A stretch of DNA of 63,549 nt, the filler included, from Craspedostauros australis (Eukaryota), in assembly GCA_030167865.1 (NCBI GenBank). It is 8 parts of 8 records of this genome, joined end to end, with 100 filler letters (N's around TTAATTAATTAA, not from the genome) between each part and the next. Parts side by side here need not be neighbours in the genome. Positions count along the whole stretch, not along the records: positions 59,899 to 62,174 come from JALAGF010003673.1; positions 62,275 to 63,549 come from JALAGF010003674.1; 6 more parts are not named here. One strand, written 5' to 3'. The position numbers and the translations under genes are program-made. The notes below the pieces were generated by a model. The model had not been told where the DNA came from and did no database searches. It saw nothing but the letters and a program-made list of their open reading frames with translations. Of this stretch, positions 59,899 to 63,549 are shown piece after piece. The stretch's first letter is position 1, and every line of letters starts with the position of its first letter.

Positions 59899-62174
59899 CC
59901 ACGACACGGAGAGCAACACCGAAAACCTCATGAAGGACATGGCTCTCGTGGTCGTCGACGGAGACTTGGCTGCAGGGTTCTACAACGGAACCAACAACAA
60001 CGACGACGAGGGATCGATCGAAGTGGTTGGGATCCGCAGCCCGAACGACTGCGGTTACTACGGACCGCAAGTCGACGCGGAGCGCATGATGAGCGACGAC
60101 TTGTTCTCATCTGACGAGAGCGAAGCTGACGAAGCTGAAAGCAACGAGATCGCGATGCCCGGCATCGACCTCCACGCGACGGCCTCAGCAAGGCGACCAG
60201 AGCCGATCTACAATGTGCGCCCCATTCGCTCCTACTTGGACGGGTTGATCGAGACTGCATCTCGACGCGACAACAACAACGCGTGGTGCCCACTGTGCCT
60301 GACCAAAGGGCCTTTGTTCTCGTGGTGTGTTGACTGCCCGTTCTGCCCATTCTTGATCCTCATCCCAGGAGGACCAAAGGGAGACGTGCCTGTGACACCA
60401 GCTGAGAAGCTCCAACACTGCCAAATCCTTGGAAGCGACAGCCCTCCCTATGCAGTGAGATGCTCGCTGTCCAACGTGATGCCCGCGAATGATGTTCGCT
60501 CCAACCTCTCGCTCATCTGCTACGACGCGATGGAGGCGTACCAAGGCATCGACGAGAACCGCATGGAAGTGCGGAGTGTGTACTTCATGCTGATGACCAT
60601 CGGCGTGATAGGAGCATACAACGTGGCGAGCAAAGCAATCGACATCAACGATTTGCTTGAGGAGAATCGTCTTCCGCCACTCCCGAAGAATCTGATCTCG
60701 CGTATGAGCGCCATGGCCACGGATCGCTTGCTCTGGATTCACCATCCATCGGATAACGGCGTGCGCGACGGGCACATGTTCGACGAGTTGCCTATCTACG
60801 GATACAACCATGCGCATGAGATGGCCATGGTGATCGGCGACATGTATGACGCAAGCAAACGCAAGAAGACCATCGCACCGGATCGCCACGAGGCAAACAC
60901 CTGGCTTGGCGACTCGGGGGCATCGTGCCATCTCACCAACAGCGACGAGGGCATGACTAACGTGCGCCTCGCGAGCTTCGCAGTGAAGGTGGGAAGCGGA
61001 CGCTACCTCAAAGCAACGAAGGTGGGCGACAAACGCATGAAGGTGATGCAGAAGGATGGCTCGGAGGTCATCATCATCCTCAAGGCGGTGAAGTTTGTTC
61101 CCAAGCTTTGGGTCAATCTGCTAAGCATCACAAAGGCACTCGAAAGCGGATTCGACATCAGCAACAAGGGTGTGGTGATGGCTCTCGAGAAGAACGGATT
61201 GCGCATTCGTTTCGACCGCATCATGGCGACTCACAGCGGATTCGTTTCCAGTGTGAACATGGTGGCGGTCCCAGCTGAACATGAGATGGCAAACATTGGT
61301 GTGTCCACCGGCAAGGCGGTCGACATCAATCAAATCCATAAAATGTTAGGCCACGTTGACACTTGCACTATCTCGCGCACTGCTGCGCGATACGGATGGA
61401 ATGTCATAGGACGAATGAATCCATGTGAGGATTGTGCTATTGGCAAGTCTCAACAAAAGTGTTTGTTGAAAATGTCACAGCCGAAGGCGAGCAGAGTTGG
61501 CGAACGGGTGTTCATGAATACCTCCAGTGTCCAGACGTACAGTTTTGGTCGCGGAAAATTCTGGCTCCTGATCATTGACGTCTACAGCGACTACTGCTGG
61601 AGCTACTTCATCAAAGAGAAGAGCGAAGTGGGATCGAAGATGATGTCGCTCTTGAGATGGCTCAAGGCGAATCAGAACGTGACTGTCAAGAATATCAGAT
61701 GTGACAACGCAGGCGAGAACTACAGCGCAGAGGCGCAGCTACTCAAGGAGGGATTCGGCCTGACGTTCGAATACACGGCAGCTTCAGCTCCACAGCAGAA
61801 CGGTTGCGTGGAACGAAAGTTCGCTGTGTTATACGGAAAGGTCAGGGCGATGCTCAATCAGACCCACCTACCAAAGCACCTACGAGGAAAGCTATGGGCT
61901 GAAGCAGCAAGAACAGCNNNNNNNNNNNNNNNNNNNNNNNNNNNNNNNNNNNNNNNNNNNNNNNNNNNNNNNNNNNNNNNNNNNNNNNNNNNNNNNNNNN
62001 NNNNNCTGCGTTTGTTCGGCGAGATTGGCATGGTGTTCATCGGAGGCCGAGTGATCAAGGCGAAACTGGACGATCGGTCCAAGCCTGCTTTGTTCGTCGG
62101 ATACGGACAGTCACATGCGAGCGGTGTATACCGAATGATGAACCTCGCAACGGCAAGGATCCTGATCACGCGAG
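59899..62174 (+). mobile_element. Second Ty1/copia family fragment (protease, HHCC zinc finger, integrase)
   Basis: WLGDSGASCHLT protease; HKMLGH..CEDC; IRCDNAGEN..PQQNGCVERKF; LPKHLRGKLWAEA; KLDDRS..FVGY. Confidence 0.93.
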
Positions 62175-62274
62175 NNNNNNNNNNNNNNNNNNNNNNNNNN
62201 NNNNNNNNNNNNNNNNNNTTAATTAATTAANNNNNNNNNNNNNNNNNNNNNNNNNNNNNNNNNNNNNNNNNNNN

Positions 62275-63549
62275 CCACGACACGGAGAGCAACACCGAAA
62301 ACCTCATGAAGGACATGGCTCTCGTGGTCGTCGACGGAGACTTGGCTGCAGGGTTCTACAACGGAACCAACAACAACGACGACGAGGGATCGATCGAAGT
62401 GGTTGGGATCCGCAGCCCGAACGACTGCGGTTACTACGGACCGCAAGTCGACGCGGAGCGCATGATGAGCGACGACTTGTTCTCATCTGACGAGAGCGAA
62501 GCTGACGAAGCTGAAAGCAACGAGATCGCGATGCCCGGCATCGACCTCCACGCGACGGCCTCAGCAAGGCGACCAGAGCCGATCTACAATGTGCGCCCCA
62601 TTCGCTCCTACTTGGACGGGTTGATCGAGACTGCATCTCGACGCGACAACAACAACGCGTGGTGCCCACTGTGCCTGACCAAAGGGCCTTTGTTCTCGTG
62701 GTGTGTTGACTGCCCATTCTGCCCATTCTTGATCCTCATCCCAGGAGGACCAAAGGGAGACGTGCCTGTGACTCCAGCCGAGAAGCTCCAACGCCGCCAG
62801 ATCCTTGGAAGCGACAACCCTCCCTATGCGGTGAGATGCTCGCTGTCCAACGTGATGCCCGCGAATGATGTTCGCTCCAACCTCTCGCTCATCTGCTACG
62901 ACGCGATGGAGGCATACCAAGGCATCGACGAGAACCGCATGGAAGTGCAAAGTGTGTACTTCATGCTGATGACCATCGGAGTGATCGGAGCATACGACGT
63001 GGCGAGCAAGGCAATCGACATCAACGATTTGCTTGAGGAGAATCGTCTCCCGCCACTCCCGAAGAACCTGATCTCGCGTATGAGCGCCATGGCCGCGGAT
63101 CGCCTGCTCTGGATCCACCATCCATCGGACAACGGCGTGCGCGACGGGCACATGTTCGACGAGTTGCCCATCTACGGGTACAACCATGCGCATGAACTAG
63201 CCATGGTGATCGGCGACATGTACGACGCCGGCGAACGCAAGAAGACCATCGCGCCAGATCGCCACGAGGCAAACACCTGGCTAGGCGACTCGGGGGCATC
63301 GTGCCATCTCACCAACAGCGACGAGGGCATGACCAACGTGCGCCTCGCGAGCTTCGCAGTAAAGGTGGGAAGCGGGCGCTACCTCAAAGCAACGAAGGTG
63401 GGCGACAAACGCATGAAGGTGATGCAGAAGGATGGCTCGGAGGTCATCATCATCCTCAAGGCGGTGAAGTTCGTTCCCAAGCTTTGGGTCAACCTCCTGA
63501 GCATCACGAAGGCACTCGAAAGCGGATTCGACATCAGCAACAAGGGTGT
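62275..63549 (+). mobile_element. Diverged sibling copy of the second copia family (offset 2376), runs off window end
   Basis: Same start as 59899; appears identical for about 440 bp, then scattered, mostly synonymous substitutions; open frame from ATG 62306. Confidence 0.92.

Overview
Eukaryotic DNA, most likely a diatom: GT-AG introns, bipartite signal+AF plastid presequences, CoDi-like Ty1/copia elements, HSF and HA-domain genes. It is not one contiguous locus. Eight contigs (1-6508, 6609-17881, 17982-23399, 23500-26540, 26641-45256, 45357-59798, 59899-62174, 62275-end) are joined by artificial 100-nt spacers (N44-TTAATTAATTAA-N44), and several are redundant: 1 and 2, 3 and reverse-complement 4, 7 and 8. 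Genes: HSF, MFS transporter, orphan 183-aa protein, DUF1244-MogA/Cnx1G fusion, PWI-like/RGG protein, ZIP transporter exon, dihydroorotase, divergent H2A/H2B, Ubc6-type E2, plastid KEA antiporter, AP-1 mu, chromo-JmjC, GPKOW, sulfotransferase-like protein, two inverted HA-domain genes, plastid PDZ protein, CYP38, copine, and two copia families. Best leads: (1) the spliced DUF1244-MogA fusion; (2) an identical 44-bp element with a 6-bp-stem/4-nt-loop hairpin about 280-290 nt after both histone stop codons; (3) a copia LTR abutting a ZIP transporter and possibly supplying its start codon; (4) a chromodomain-JmjC protein. All family assignments come from motif recognition by eye; no database searches were run.
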